Shown: piece after piece, positions 36,602-50,690 of the stretch | How positions within the stretch are numbered: the stretch's first letter is position 1 | Layout of the letters: the number at the start of each line of letters is the position of its first letter | Notes under the pieces: model-generated | What the model was told of the DNA's origin: nothing | The model's input: the letters and a program-made list of their open reading frames with translations, nothing else | Database searches by the model: none | Source: Octopus bimaculoides | Taxonomy: Eukaryota | Direction of reading: 5' to 3' | DNA length: 64,000 nt | Assembly: GCF_001194135.2 (NCBI RefSeq) | Contig: NC_068984.1 | Location: 130,942,823-131,006,822 of the forward strand | Made by a program: the position numbers and the translations under genes

Positions 36602-37442
36602 GTAAATATTTTTTCTCTCAATCATTCTCATTCTCTTAACCAGTGTTTCGCATGGCAGGAGCAAACTGCAAGGTCAGGAAAGGGGTGGACAAATTACCAT
36701 GATTAATCTTTTCTACTCTAGGCACAAGGCCTGAAATTTTGGAGGAGGGGGCCAGTCGATTACATCGACCCCAGTATGCAAATCGTACTTAATTTATTGA
36801 CCCCCAAAAGGATGAAAGGCAAAGTTGATCTTGGCAGAATTTGAACTCAGGACGTAAAGACAGACGAAAGACCACTAAGCATTTTGTCCAGCTTGCTAAT
36901 GTTTCTGCCAGCTCACCGCCTTCAAATTGCCATGATTAATAAAAGATGGTTTAAAATTTTTTAAACCTGTTCAGTGAAGAGTGAAGAATTATATGGAAGC
37001 AAGCTCTGTTTTATTTTCTCGTTATTAACAGGTGCATGGCTTAGTGGTCAGGGTATTCAGCTTACAATTGTAAGGTCGTGAATTTGATTACCGGTGGCAT
37101 GTGTCCTTGAGCAAGACACTTTATTTCACGTTGTTCTAGTCCACTCAGCTGAGAAAAATTAGTAGTGTCTAAATTTCAATGGGCCAATTTTGTCACATTA
37201 TGTGTGACTCTGAATCTCCCTGAGAACTATGTTAAGAGTAGAGCTATCAACAAAATACCTTGTGGTATTTAGTTTTGGTGCTCTATGTTATGAAATGAAA
37301 TATTACTAGGATTTATAAAATAAGTACCAGGCATATATTGAGGTTCATCCATTTGATTAGCACAAGAAATCATATATCATCCTATAAATAATTCAGCATT
37401 ACCAGCAGAAGTTGACCCTAACATTTTGCCATTTATTTTCAG

Positions 37443-37531
37443 TTGACCAAAAAGGCCCCAATACAGAAATTCATCAACAACCCCAATCCTGGTACTCTTT
37501 GCTATGTAACCGTTGGATATCTTTAATAGGC
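37443..37531 (+). CDS. SLC12A8: SLC12A8 coding exon (89 nt)
   Basis: ttttcag acceptor; (V)DQKGPNTEIHQQPQSWYSLLCNRWISLIG, compare SFYTHMCNPWVSLLG; gtaagt donor; phase 1/0. Confidence 0.92.
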
Positions 37532-38738
37532 GTAAGTCAATTTCTCTTCCTCTTTTCTTTCTCTTTAAATGCATTTTTTCTGTTGATGTTACAAGCTTGA
37601 AAGGTCTCATTTCTTATCATTTTGTTCAATACTGGGACATTTCCTTAGAAATTTTCTCCACTTATTTTATAATCAGATTAGTTATAAATAAGCTGATATT
37701 TTCAATTTGTTGATCCATAGAGTCATTTTATATTCTCCACAAAAATGTTATGTAGTCTTGTGAGACTTTGTACAGAACTGGGCAGAATGATGTAAAGGAC
37801 TGAGAATTGCCCATACAGCAACTACCTTCTCTTTCTGCAGCAGCAGAATAGGTTAAGAGAAAAGAAAATATAACCTATACTGCTTGTTACTAAAATTACA
37901 AGAATTAAGCTGTGAGTTCAACACAATTCTGAGTTCAACTTCTGTCAGTCTAGAGAAAGCCACTTCAGTATCTCTCTCAGAACAGAGTTTCTGAACTATC
38001 TCAGCTTGGTTTAGTATTAGATCTGTATTCTGGTTCTGATCACTGGGAGAGACTTAGAAAGTGGCTTGGAATTTGATCTTGAGATTTACTTTTCTAAATT
38101 TTTCCCAGTAATCAGAACCAGAATATAGATCTAATATTAAACCAAGCTGAGATAATAGACACTGAAGTGGCTTTCTCCTGACTGACAGAAGTTGAAATCA
38201 GTATTGCAAGTTAACAAACCACCTCTTAATTTTACCCCAGTTGCCACTTCTTAAAGGGTTGTGTTCCTCTTAACCTGTAGCATCTATTTACATCTAAGTG
38301 AATTGAACTATTTCAGATTTTTTTGACCACACTCCCAGCACACTACTAGTCACAAGATATGAAACACCAACCACTTGGCTGATTGTCTTGTATCATTTTT
38401 ACAATATCATCTGAACTTAATTGCCTACAAAACCATCATAATCTGTGCAATCCAATTCTGCAATCCTGTTTCAATCCCCTGATGCAACTGTTTTATTTTC
38501 TTACATTGCTAATGAACTGAAAAAGGTATGAACATCTCACAAGCTTACTGTAAATATCTGAAGTGCTGTACTAATGTGAGAAATCAATCAATCAATCAAT
38601 AAGCCACTAAACAAACATTCCTAAATCTATACTTATAACACTGAAGGTGTGATGATGAATGTATGATAAATCTAAATAAGCTGTTGTTATTGAGTTACCA
38701 AATATTTGAATTGTTCTTATGAAATTCTTCTCTTTCAG

Positions 38739-38856
38739 ACTTTCATCTGTATCATTGTTATGTTTTCAATACAATGGCTATATGCTCTTGGAGAAATTTT
38801 ATGTTTTATTGGTATATATATGTATATAGGACAGGCTACACCTGGCTATTTTCCTG
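38739..38856 (+). CDS. SLC12A8: SLC12A8 coding exon (118 nt)
   Basis: tctttcag acceptor; TFICIIVMFSIQWLYALGEILCFIGIYMYIGQATPGYFP(G); gtaagt donor; phase 0/1. Confidence 0.94.
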
Positions 38857-40187
38857 GTAAGTTCCATTTAAATTTCTCTGTTCACACACATACTCATACA
38901 TGCACATACTGTCTTAGACACGCACATATGCACATTTATGCACACACATATATGCACACATGCACATATGCATACATACACATATGCGCACATACACATT
39001 TTCACACACAAACACATATGCACATACACACTTGCACAATATTCTTTATCACCTGCTTTTTTCTCATGTGCACTCACTTTTACAAATGCATTCTCTTACA
39101 CATACACTCACCACTTCAGCTTTTGTACAAACACTCACACACGTTATAAAGTGGGCCATGACTTATTTTAAGAGAGTGTAGAAGAAAATGAAACAAGTCA
39201 CTGGCTGCCATAACATTTAATCGTTCTCTCTTGATACAGCCTCATGTTGCATGAAACTTTCCATTTTTAAATTAAAATTTCTATCTAAATTTTATTACAT
39301 TAAAGTTTATGCAGAACTTCATTTTAAGCCCCCGTGTTAAGAAAGACAGAAGCAAAATGTATTAATAGTTTGCCTAAATATCTGAGGTACATTGTTACTA
39401 ATAACTTTGTCTGTTAGAGTTATATTTACAAAATTTATATCTACTCTACATTTGGATCAGTTTAATCTCCATTGATCACTAACATGTCTTATTTGAGGTT
39501 GGGTACAGGAAACTAAGGGTAACAGCATTCTTATTCACTAAACAGCTCATGTCACAGAATATAGGATTGATATAAATATTGTAAATAAATATTTCAAACA
39601 TGAGATACATGGTTCATAAGATAACTATGTGATTAAGAAGTTCATTTTGCAACCATGTGGTTTTTTGGTTTAGTTCCACTATGCAGCGCCTTGGGCAAAT
39701 GTCTTCTACTATAGCCCTTGGTTAACTAAATCTTGTAAAGGAATTTGGTGGAGAGAAACTGGATGGAGACCCAGCATACACATACATACATACATACATA
39801 CCTACTGTGTGTGTGTGTGTGTTTGTGTTTGTCCCACTACTGCTTGACAATTGGTGTTAGTTTGTTTACATCCATGTAATCTAGTGATTCAGCAAAAGAG
39901 ACCAATAGAATAAGTATCAGATTTAAGAAATTCGTATTGGGATTGATTTGTTCAACTAAAATCCTTCAGGACAGTGCTCCAACATGGCCACAGTCCAACA
40001 ACTGAAACCAGTAAGAGAAAGGTATCTCCTAATTAAAACATATAGTGTATTCTCATTAGGAATATGTCATTAATCTCTAACGGACACCAAATAAAATATA
40101 TAACTTGATGTATTTTCTTTAAGAGTCTCCTTTATCTGAAGTGATTATAAATTTGGTAACACAAATTTTACCGTTCCTTCTTTGCAG

Positions 40188-40245
40188 GTATAGCTGAATT
40201 TAATTTATATGACTGGATTAAAAGAGGCTGTTTGGTATGTTTAAA
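40188..40245 (+). CDS. SLC12A8: SLC12A8 coding exon (58 nt)
   Basis: tttgcag acceptor; (G)IAEFNLYDWIKRGCLVCL(K); gtaagt donor; phase 1/2, which fits both neighbouring exons. Confidence 0.88.
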
Positions 40246-42312
40246 GTAAGTGTACGACTGACAAATTCTAGTCTCAAATTTTTTTTTTTTTTAATCTAAA
40301 AATTATTATTTTTTCTTTAAATAGAGCAAACACATTGTTGATCTACCCTTTGTAGTGCAATACAGATGCTAACCAAGCATGTGGTGAATTTGGTTGATGG
40401 TAAATGTGTGGAAGCACATTGTGTGTGTATGTATATGTTGTTACATTTATGTTTATGTATATGTATATATTACATACATATAGCACTATCTGAATGCAAT
40501 TGATGCTCGGCCCACCTGAATGGCTCCTGTACCAGTGGCACATAAAAAGCACCCACTTCACTCTCAGAGTAGTTGGCGTTAGAAAGAGCATCCATCTGTA
40601 GAAACATTGCCAGACCAGATTGGAGCCTGGTGCAGCCGCTGGCTCTCCAGACCTTAGTCAAACTGTCCATGATCATCATCATCTATACATGTGTGTCTTT
40701 GTGCTTGCCCCACCCCTCATCATTGCTTGGCAACTGTTGTTGGTTTGCTTATGTCCTTGTATGTAAGTGGTTTGACAAAAGAGACTGATAGGATAGACTT
40801 AAAAACGTAAGTACTGCAGTCGATTTGTTAAACTGAACCCTTCAAGGCAGTGCCTCAGCATGGCAATAGTCCACTGACTGAAACAAATCAAAGAAAGGCA
40901 GGCTCTCATAAACTCTGTTAAAAACCTTTATGAAGGCACAGTGGCTGGTAGAGGTCCCTAATATACATATATATACTTAGACACACATACACACAGAGTA
41001 AGAGTCTTAAATGATTCCCTTCTCCATCTCATATGAATTTTGTCAGCAATTAGAATTGTCTCTTTTGCATTCATATATTAACAGTTTAGATTTTGATTAT
41101 AAAAACTATGAAACCTTTATTCTATGCTAATTCAGTTAATTTTGTCAAGATCCATTTTCAGTTTGTAAGATAAAAATTTAAATGTAATGAAATGTTTTAA
41201 AAGAAATTTAAAGTGCCTTCATGATAACTGTAAGCCTACTTTTGGGCCACCCTGTACTACATTGTTTTCTGTTATGAATTAAGAAAAAAAATGAAATGAC
41301 CCTTTTTAAAATTGCACTGCTTATATCTAGATTTTGTTGTGTGAAATTAATGAGTGATAAACCTCTTGGCTACAATACTTCTAGGCAGCTTTTCTTGAGG
41401 ACATAATGAAATTTACTGACTACAAATCAATGAAATACCTATCAATTCTACAGTTGTGTTGCTGCTAAAATTAGCAGATTATACCTTGTAGTATCTACTT
41501 TAAAGCCAGGTGGATTTGGCAATGAAACTAAAGTATCTTAGCTAAGTAGCTAAAGGGTTACACCCTGGTGAAAACACACCAGAACATACTACCTTAAAGA
41601 AATCGCTGCCTGTTCGTTAGGCCAACATGCCCTCACCAACACTCCACAATATTTGATCAATAATTTCTTTTATTTTTTACCTTTTTTGTTTGCTCTGCAG
41701 GAAGGGGCCACACCTATGACTTTCACAGACCTTCTACAATTATGACTTGTTTTTATCTCCTAAAACATTATCATAACAGTTGCTTTTACTCAAAAACTAA
41801 TAGCATTATAAACATCTATATCCAAACCCATTTAACAATACTCTTCTTTTCTGTATCTTACCATGTGCTTAAAACTTTATCAAATCATTTCCACTTCTAC
41901 CTCTGAAACACATTCCTCTCAAGCTCCATCCATCCTTGCTCATATTTTCTACTTTAATGTTTAACCTACAGTAACCATATTCATTTATCTCTATCTTCCA
42001 AGACCTGTTATGGAAAGTTATGACTATTATTCCAACTCATTAGGCTAGCTGATTAATAAATCTATACAATCCTAGTCACATACATATCTGGGTTATGAGA
42101 CTTACGTAAGACACCTATAAATTGCTTGTCTATATTTATGTAATCATCATACCTTCCACACATCATTTTTTCTGCAATTGAAAAAAAGACCTTTCCTTTA
42201 TTTTTTTGTATATCATTCTCTGTTTTCCGTTTTTCCCCTATGTCTGATTTTGTATTTCTTTCAATAAACTGACAATGAGATTTGATTATTTCTTTCCAAT
42301 GTATTTTCACAG

Positions 42313-42475
42313 GGGCAGTCAGTCAGGGAAAGAACAGTATGTGGTACCACCCAACACGCCAGCAGTCCAAACCTTTGCATCCCAGCTCACCGAAGACAAT
42401 GAAGATTTTGCCAGTCGCAACCGCTATCACCAGTCAGAGGTAGTGAAGGGAGAAAACTTCGACGACTACAACTGA
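42313..42475 (+). CDS. SLC12A8: SLC12A8 terminal coding exon
   Basis: ttcacag acceptor; GSQSGKEQYVVPPNTPAVQTFASQLTEDNEDFASRNRYHQSEVVKGENFDDYN-stop, matching the C-terminal motif QLTQENADFATRDRYH. Confidence 0.95.
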
Positions 42476-43169
42476 AACAGCATGTTGGGGGTCAGTGGCA
42501 TTGATGGACAGTGGCTGAGGTGTAAGATAGCTCAGTGACACCAGTGATACAATGATATGTTGTGTCACTATTGTCAACCTCCTCACCACAACTTCACCAC
42601 GACCTGACACATACACATACACAAACAACTTTGTGTCTGTATGCATGTACAAATAACTGTGTATGTGTGTGTGAGAGAGAATTGAAGTATATGTGTCTGT
42701 TTGATAAAACTTAAATCTGGAACAATATGGAGAGAAGACTCATTGCGACACCCCTTTGATGTATTCAACAATCAATGATCTAACGAGGGTGGCTATGTAG
42801 TCGTTTGACCTGATAGAAATAGCTGCTAAATCTCCCTCCCTCAAATCACTCTCCATCATCTTAAAAAGGAAAGGACACATATTAGATAAAGCCATCCTAG
42901 TTACCCTCCAAAAGATGGGATGGTCATAGCTGAATGGTCATGCCTTTCATCGTAGGTCTACTCAATCAGAGTTGATCTGGAGCTAAACAATCAACTCCTC
43001 TTGCTGTTTTTTTTCATTCCACCACATGTGATATATATTTTGCTCCATGTTTGTCAAACTTGTCCTCTATCCATTCATGAGATATCATCATTCTTTGCTT
43101 GTGCAGTTGGTCGTTCAAGAATATGTTATCATATCAAAACATGGTTCATATTTGAAACCCAAACAATGT

Positions 43170-43239
<70 letters not shown>

Positions 43240-46200
43240 ACACGTGTGTGTGTGTGTGTGTGCATGCATGTGTGTGTATATGTAGGGAGAGAGAGACTGA
43301 GATAGCTGCACACAATATTTTATACATGTCCACATATATCTATATGTACATATCTATGTATATATTTGTATAAGGGTGTGAGAGTATATGTATATGTGAC
43401 TGGTGTATGTATTATATATATATATGTGTATATACTATACAGTATGTATAGCTGAATGGCTAGAATATTGGACAAAACACTTTGCAGTATTTGGTTATGT
43501 TAAGTGTTCAAATCCTGCCCAGGTTTACTTTACCTTTCATTCACTTGAGGTTGATAAAATAAGTACTAATCATGTACTTGGTGCATAAAATCAGCTATGC
43601 TCCAGCATGGCTAAAGTCCAATGATTGAAACCAGTAAAAGAATATATAATACTACAAAATATAGATAGGTGTGCATGTAGGTGAAAGCTTATATGTATGT
43701 ATTCAGCTGCCAAAGATAATATTTGTCTCATGGATACTCTTTACTTAAATCTCAGATTTTATATTTGTTATAAAGAAAAAAAATGAATTAACACTCACCC
43801 CTATCTCTGCCAACATTAAATTATACTGATGTAAACTAGGTAATAATATCATCATCCTTATGTGTGTAGCCTTCTGGCTTGCCAGTCCTCAGTCAAATCG
43901 TCCAACTCATGCTAGCATGGAAAGCGGACGTTAAACGACGATGATGATATATATATATATATATATGTATGGAAATATGTATGCATGCATGCAAGTATAT
44001 ATGTATGTATATATGTAGAGATAGATAGATAGATAGATAGATAGACAGATATTAAGTTTGGAGATGCAAACAGGAAAATAGAACTTAAAACATGAATATA
44101 TATATATATATATATTTGTTATTGATAATTGGCAGAAGTAAGGTAGTGAGCTGGCAGAATCATTAGCATGCCGGGCAAAATGCATAGCGGCATTTTATCC
44201 GTCTTTACATTCTGGGTTCAAATTCTACTGAGGTTGACTTTGCAGTTCATCCTTTCGAGTTCGATAAAATAAGTACCAGTTGAGTACTGGAGTCGATGTA
44301 ATCGACTGATCCCCTCCCCCGAAATTACTGGCCTTGTGCCAGAATTTGAAATTAATAATTGGCTTAAGTTACAGAGTAAACTCTAGAGCCAAGAGTTTCT
44401 TGTATTGATACTTATCAACAAAGTTTGATAAGTTCCAATGTATGAAACTCTTGGCCCTTGAGTCACTCCGTAACACCTGTTAATTATTAACAGTGTATGT
44501 GTGTGATAGGAATAATGAAAAGGGTGTGGATGCTTAATATTTCAGTATTTCAGTCAGTCCTGTCATCCTGAATCTATAGATTATGGATAAATGGATGTGA
44601 TATTTTGCCTGTAATTCATAATTATAGATACAGTCTATATTGATCATATCATTTATGTTTATTGTTATTATTTTAGCATATTTCCGAGTTTCGCGTCTAA
44701 TTCAGACATATTGGCTGTCATTAGTTATCTCCCCTGTTGTCAAAATCTGGCCTTTTTTTTGTTTTTTTTCATCTAAAAAAAATGTTAAGAATTATCTCCC
44801 TTTTTGTCTTACTCCAACATATTGTTATCTCTCCTTCTCATCGAGAGACGTTATTGTTGCTAGTTATCTCCCTTGCTGACTAACTGCAGATATTCACCGA
44901 CTGTTTATTTCCCGACACTCTCTTCACTCAAAACTCATGCTGATGTTAGTGGACAGATAAATGATTAACGTCATGTGCAACATAAACGATATTACACTAT
45001 ATTATTTCCTTCCCAGATATCTTTCTCAAGATCAGATATACATTAAGTTGATTCCGTCCGTTGAATGATTTTTTTCATGTCACAAGGGACAACTTGAACT
45101 GATAACAATGCCATACCAAAACCTATGATCGTCCAAAATATTAACTTATTTAAGAGATATTCAAATTCAGTCAAGACTCTGTGACGTGTGCAATTCTCTT
45201 GTTTTTCTGAATAATGTTATGGAATCAGAAGATATTTATTTTCTAGCAAGACAAGCATTTAACTTTTTTTTGGCATTTTCCAGATCGCTAATTAATTACT
45301 TGGGATGAGAAAAGTTTCATGATATATCAGAAAGCTGAGGTCTCTTTTTCCAAGCTGGCATGAATTAGACGAATGTATATTGATGGAGCACTGTTTTACA
45401 GCTGAATACTCTTCCCTTTGCTAATCCTCAATTAATTTAAAAATAAGATTATAGTATTTCAATTACAAGATCATCTGTTGAGGTGCTTGGGTACCAGATC
45501 ATTAGGGCATTTTAATTCAACCATTTATTATGAAACTAAGCAAGATTAATTCATAATTACTAAAGACAAAAAGAGAATAAACTCAAATGGGTAAATAGCA
45601 AGAATTTAAATAATTCAGGTAATTTTAGTGAAAATTAAATTTTCATGCTGAGGACATATATGATCTTAATTAGCAGCCAAGAGGACAGTCTAATTAGACC
45701 TCAATGAAGCCCAAGGTTTTTTTTCAGGCTAGCTATGATCAGAACATTCACTATTGAGGTTTTAAAGATAGAAACCTATCTATAGTTGTTACTTTGTTAA
45801 GATCAAATGTTTTTTTGTTTTTTTTTCATTATGGCATGAATCACAATTTTATGAAAAATTGGTTTTAAAATTATTTCCCCTCCTCTTTCAGAAGTATTAA
45901 GAGAGTTACCTCTGTGTTTTTGTTTCCTTTCTCCACAAATATTTCAAACTTCTTTTCATATGGCATTCAGTACATCACTACATACCTATTATACTTATAA
46001 GTTAGTTGGTTGAAACATCTCACAAGCAATGTCTTCTTACCATTGGTAGCTTAACCAGCTTAACTGATAGCAATCAGTTGATTCAGGTATTCAATACCTT
46101 TCACTAGCAATTTATTATTATTATTTTTTTTATTTTACTTTACTATCTAGGACAAAAGAATCTAGAATCCCGGTCTTTAGCAGTGTGGTAGTACTGATAA

Positions 46201-47835
46201 CTATATAACTGATATTTATAATCTCGTTTGTTTCCTTTTTATGTCTATTTTTTCCATACAAACATGGGTTAGATGAATGCATTATTGAGACGTTGTTTTA
46301 TAGCAAGATACCCCTGCCGTCACTAACCCTCACCCGTTTTTCAAATAAGTGATCTACTTCACACATTTTTGAAGGTCCAAAGTTAGCAGGTGATTTGTTA
46401 ATGGAAGTGATGACCACACCACAGCAAATGACTTTCATAGACCCCAAACATAAACATACACACAAAGATATGCACACACCATCATCATGATGGGCTGCTT
46501 TCATTTCTGTCCACCAGATTCACTCACAAGTCTGGTGGGCCAATAGTTATAGTAGAAGACAGTTGTTCAGAATGCCATGCAGCAGAACTGAACCTAAAAC
46601 CATGTGGTAAGAAAGCAAACTCCTTAACCACACACACACACATTATTTGCTTACACTTCTAAAGTATAATCTCTATATTTAAAGCACACAAAACCACAAT
46701 GTCTCATTAATACTTTCAAATATAGTTCAAAGTAAATTTCTTTGAAAAAAAAAAACGAAAAAAAAACATCACTAAGCAGTCTTTTGGCCTGAATTGTTTA
46801 AAAACTTACAATAGAATCACAGAACATGACAGAAACTAATTGCTTAGGACTGGAAACTATCTGAAGAGTCAAGAGTGTTTTAACCAAACTATTTTTGAGA
46901 TGTGAAATGTTGTGATGAAAAATAGCATTACAATTTAGTAGTGTATTGTCTTCGAGAGATTTTAAATATATTTTAAAAATAACCTCTAAAAGGGCTGTAC
47001 ATTCTATAACCTTTTTCTTTTCTTTTGCTCGTGACATTACCATAAACACATCTAAATATCTCTCTGATGACTCTGTGTTTGCGAGAGTAAGGTGCTGGAC
47101 TACTACTTACTAAGGTCACAAATTCAAACTTACACAAGATGTTGCTTCAGTCTGTCAAGCTGATATCAGGGCCAACATCTAACTATAGAAAGACTTGCAG
47201 CAATAAGTCATATATGAATTTCAACAACTGTTCCCCAATAGTAAAAAATAAATAAATAAATAACTATTGATTTTATTTTTTTAAAACCATCAAAATCAGT
47301 AATGCCCTCCGTAGAAATTGAACACAAACAAGAAGTGACCAATGAAAATATAAATCCAAAGACAACAGATTTCTATTTGAACACAAAGCATCATAAAAGT
47401 ATCACAGCAATATGTCAAACTTTGCCATAACCTTGTATGTACAAGTGTGTTTGCACATGTATCTGTTGGGTTCCACTATATCAAATCAACATTACAACCT
47501 TAGGGCCTGGTATTTTTTTCCTTCATTCAGACCGCTGTTTAGGTGTTAGCACATGAAAGTGCTCCAGGTATAAAAACCAAATAAAAATTAGTTAAAAGAT
47601 TATAGTTGTGACTCCCCCAAAACGTGTGTTTCTGTGTTCTTTTCAGTTATTTGTTGAATTGTTATCGCAAGAAAATCATGTAAATATGAAAATGTGCAAT
47701 TTAAAATTACAAATGGTGAATGTATGTTTAAATTTTGTCATGTTCCAGTCATCAGAGAGAACAAGAGATGCCTGGTTTTGTTCTGCTTTGATATTTAAAA
47801 CAAACTCAGATATTATATGGTCTCTAAAACAAGAT

Positions 47836-47841
47836 TTTATT
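47836..47841 (-). terminator. Candidate polyadenylation signal (AATAAA) of the MIC27 gene
   Basis: TTTATT on the + strand, about 125 nt downstream of the TAA stop. Position only; no transcript evidence. Confidence 0.4.
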
Positions 47842-47965
47842 AAATTCCATCATATCAATTCACATTATATATTTATATACAGAGAGGGTTGTATTCTCAG
47901 TTTTCTAGTTTAAGACAATTTGTGGAAAATAAATATTAAATGTAGATAATTACAAAATGTCTTGG

Positions 47966-48067
47966 TTAACCTCGAGTTGTGTACAAGTCTTTATCTTCTT
48001 CTGAACTTTGTCCAAAATCTTTCTCAACCGGTTTAATTTTTGCAGAATCTGTCTTGGTGAGGTTGAC
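47966..48067 (-). CDS. APOOL: MIC26/MIC27 terminal exon
   Basis: aacatcag acceptor; VNLTKTDSAKIKPVEKDFGQSSEEDKDLYTTRG-TAA, matching the MIC27 C-terminal motif DHGQSHPEDIDMYSTRS. Confidence 0.93.
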   Translation of the reverse strand, partial: VNLTKTDSAKIKPVEKDFGQSSEEDKDLYTTRG

Positions 48068-48145
48068 CTGATGTTGAATAAAACAAACATAACTTCACAA
48101 ATAATAAAACACTTTCTTTACAATCATTCAAATCTTACATGTATT

Positions 48146-48673
48146 TCACAGACAAGGCATGGCAGTCATGCAGTGGATAAAAACGTAACATCTGTTTTGC
48201 ATGTTTAGTTCTCGTGTGCAATTCCTTGTGGTCAAACAACAAAGCCACGTGGTGGGGAATGCCTTTCTGATGACCTTGACAGAAAGGGAGCTCTTTCTAC
48301 ACCAACAATTAATAAGAACTAATGACAGGTTTGACCCGGATAATAGGACTCTGGTCCAAGATTTCCCATTCATTTTTTTCACAAATACTGAACATTATAT
48401 CTGAATGAAGCATTCAATACACAGTGGCAATGCCCTACACATTCCATTCATTTGTGTCTCAATGGTCCAACCCAATGAAGATCTGTTTGGCCATGGATAC
48501 AGGGCTGGTGATGGGCTAAAAGCAAGTGACCCTCTTGGAATTGATAGCTTAAACTTGACTCTGAGAACATAGATAACAGTTACATCTAGGACACAAAACC
48601 AACCTTTTAAAAGACTAAAAACAGTAAAAAATGTATTAAAAAAACTGCTGGAATAAAACTCAGAAGTGTGCAA
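48146..48673 (-). mobile_element. Possible decayed L1/Tx1-like LINE fragment in MIC27 intron 7
   Basis: Non-exonic, higher-complexity sequence. The peptide SLSVKVIRKAFPT loosely resembles the SL.WRVIR.ALPT motif near the zf-RVT region. The similarity is weak. Confidence 0.3.
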
Positions 48674-50020
48674 TACTTCATCATAAAATAACTGAAGTTA
48701 CAATATAATCACAAGCACACAAGTTTCAGTCATAAGGAATGAAATAGTATGAATTTTGCTGACTGCAAAACATAAACTTCTATTGCATTTATGCATCACA
48801 GAAATTAAATCAACAATTGAAGAAGTTAAAGTTGCTTTTGGTGAGATCAAACAAATTATTAAATAAAGAGCTAGCAATAAGAGTGAAGGAAAGTGTTGTA
48901 AGGGTAGAGAACCCTTGTGTATAATTCTGTGACTGACAACAACTGCAAAATCTTATCAATGTTGCAGAGATGTGGTTCCTTAGATGACAGCTGAAAATAT
49001 CCTATATAGAGGGAGACAAATGTCTAGGCCCTTAGATGAGCAGAAACCACTAGAAAGAGGCAACAGGCTAAGTTCATTGGACACCATGTAAGAAGACGGC
49101 CATGAACACTTGGTGACAATTGGGAAACTGAAAAGAAGAGAGGGAAAACTGGGATAGAAGATATTTGATGGACTTGCTAAGCAGTGTATAGGATAGAAGA
49201 AAGTGGAGGTCTGTGGTTGGCAACACCTGTAGGCACATGAAGAAAAAAAAAATGTTATGTAGGGCACCAGACTTTATAAAGATAAGGACTTTCATAAAGA
49301 TAACAAGATAATTCAAAATAATAATTAATATTACTAAGTAACATATCAGCACTGGCATTGTGCTGCACTCAAAAAGGCTCATGCACCATAGCAGAATTGA
49401 TGCTGGTGCTGGTGCCATCACAAAATGCACCCAGTACATTAAGTGGATAGCTGGCATTAGGAAGGGCATCAGGCTGTAGAAACCATGCCAGAACAGACAA
49501 TGGAGGCTGGTGACCTTACCAGCTTCAGTTAAACTGAGCAACCCGTGTCAGCAAGGAAAATGGATGTTCAATGATGATGATTTTCCATGCTTACCTGGGT
49601 TGGACAGAAGGTAATACTTTCTGCATGATCAGATATGATTTCACAAAAGATTGGAAACAAAGGACACCAGAGTGACACTCATTCACAGCTACCACGTTAT
49701 GTCAATGCAATGAGAAACTTACACAACTACAACAGGCTTTCTTCAGTTTCCATCTACCAAATCCACTCATGATATTTTGGTTTGCCCAGGGTTGTAGTAG
49801 AAGATACTTGACATGGGGTATTGCAGTGCCACAGAACTGAAATCAACTTCTGACTATGTGTAAACAACCATTTATATTGTTGATACTGCCCCTGTATTAC
49901 TATGATCTTAGCCGAAGATTACTTAGGCTAAGAACTTTATGCATAAACCTATCTGGAAGCTGGGGTATTTAAGAAAATGATTCCATGTAAACAAGCAAAG
50001 AATTTTAAAGGATGACTTAC

Positions 50021-50106
50021 CACAACATTTTTCCCGTTTGATTTCTGTGCAGGAGCTTTTTCTTCTTTCACTGCTGTTTCTTTGACAGGTTCAGGTGGAG
50101 ATACAG
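50021..50106 (-). CDS. APOOL: MIC26/MIC27 exon 7 (86 nt), low-complexity linker
   Basis: ccctgcag acceptor; (S)VSPPEPVKETAVKEEKAPAQKSNGKNVV; GTAAGT donor; phase 1/0 fits both neighbours. Confidence 0.88.
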
Positions 50107-50690
50107 CTGCAGGGACAACAAAGGAGATTTAAATCTATTTGAAACACAACCATTTCGACAGCTGTTGATGTTACACGATGCTAGGATATACAGAACCAAC
50201 AATCAATAAGTGCAGAAGAACTTGTAAAAGTTGCAGTTCTTATAGCACTCTGATTGAGTCCACCTGCAGTAGAGTTTATGGGCAGACAAAAAATAGACTG
50301 ACCGTGGAAAGAGGGCAATATAGCCAGGTGGTCATATTGTATTCCATACAATTGATCAATGCATATTGAACAGTAAGGACCTTGGTTAGGCAGAGACAAA
50401 GTATAAGTATAAGATAAATCTGTGGGTCACACTTTGTTTTTTAGTGAACAACTTGTATACTGCAGGGTTACTCTGAGTTTCCAACAGTAGCAGCTGCTCT
50501 ACTTGAATAATGTTAAACAAACACACCAACACATGTATGCTTGCACACACACATATATATACACATGACAGTCTTCTTTCAGTTTCTGTTTAACACATGA
50601 GTCTTTTCATTGTTCTACTTAAGAGTTAATTAATTTAGACAACAGCCAATAATATATTCAGTACGGTTAAGATTGCAAAGTTATACATAC

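Noticed and set aside
42476-47965. Overlapping 3' UTRs or a natural antisense pair between the convergent genes
   Set aside because: The stops are 5.5 kb apart and MIC27 has a proximal AATAAA at about 47840, so nothing in the sequence requires overlap.
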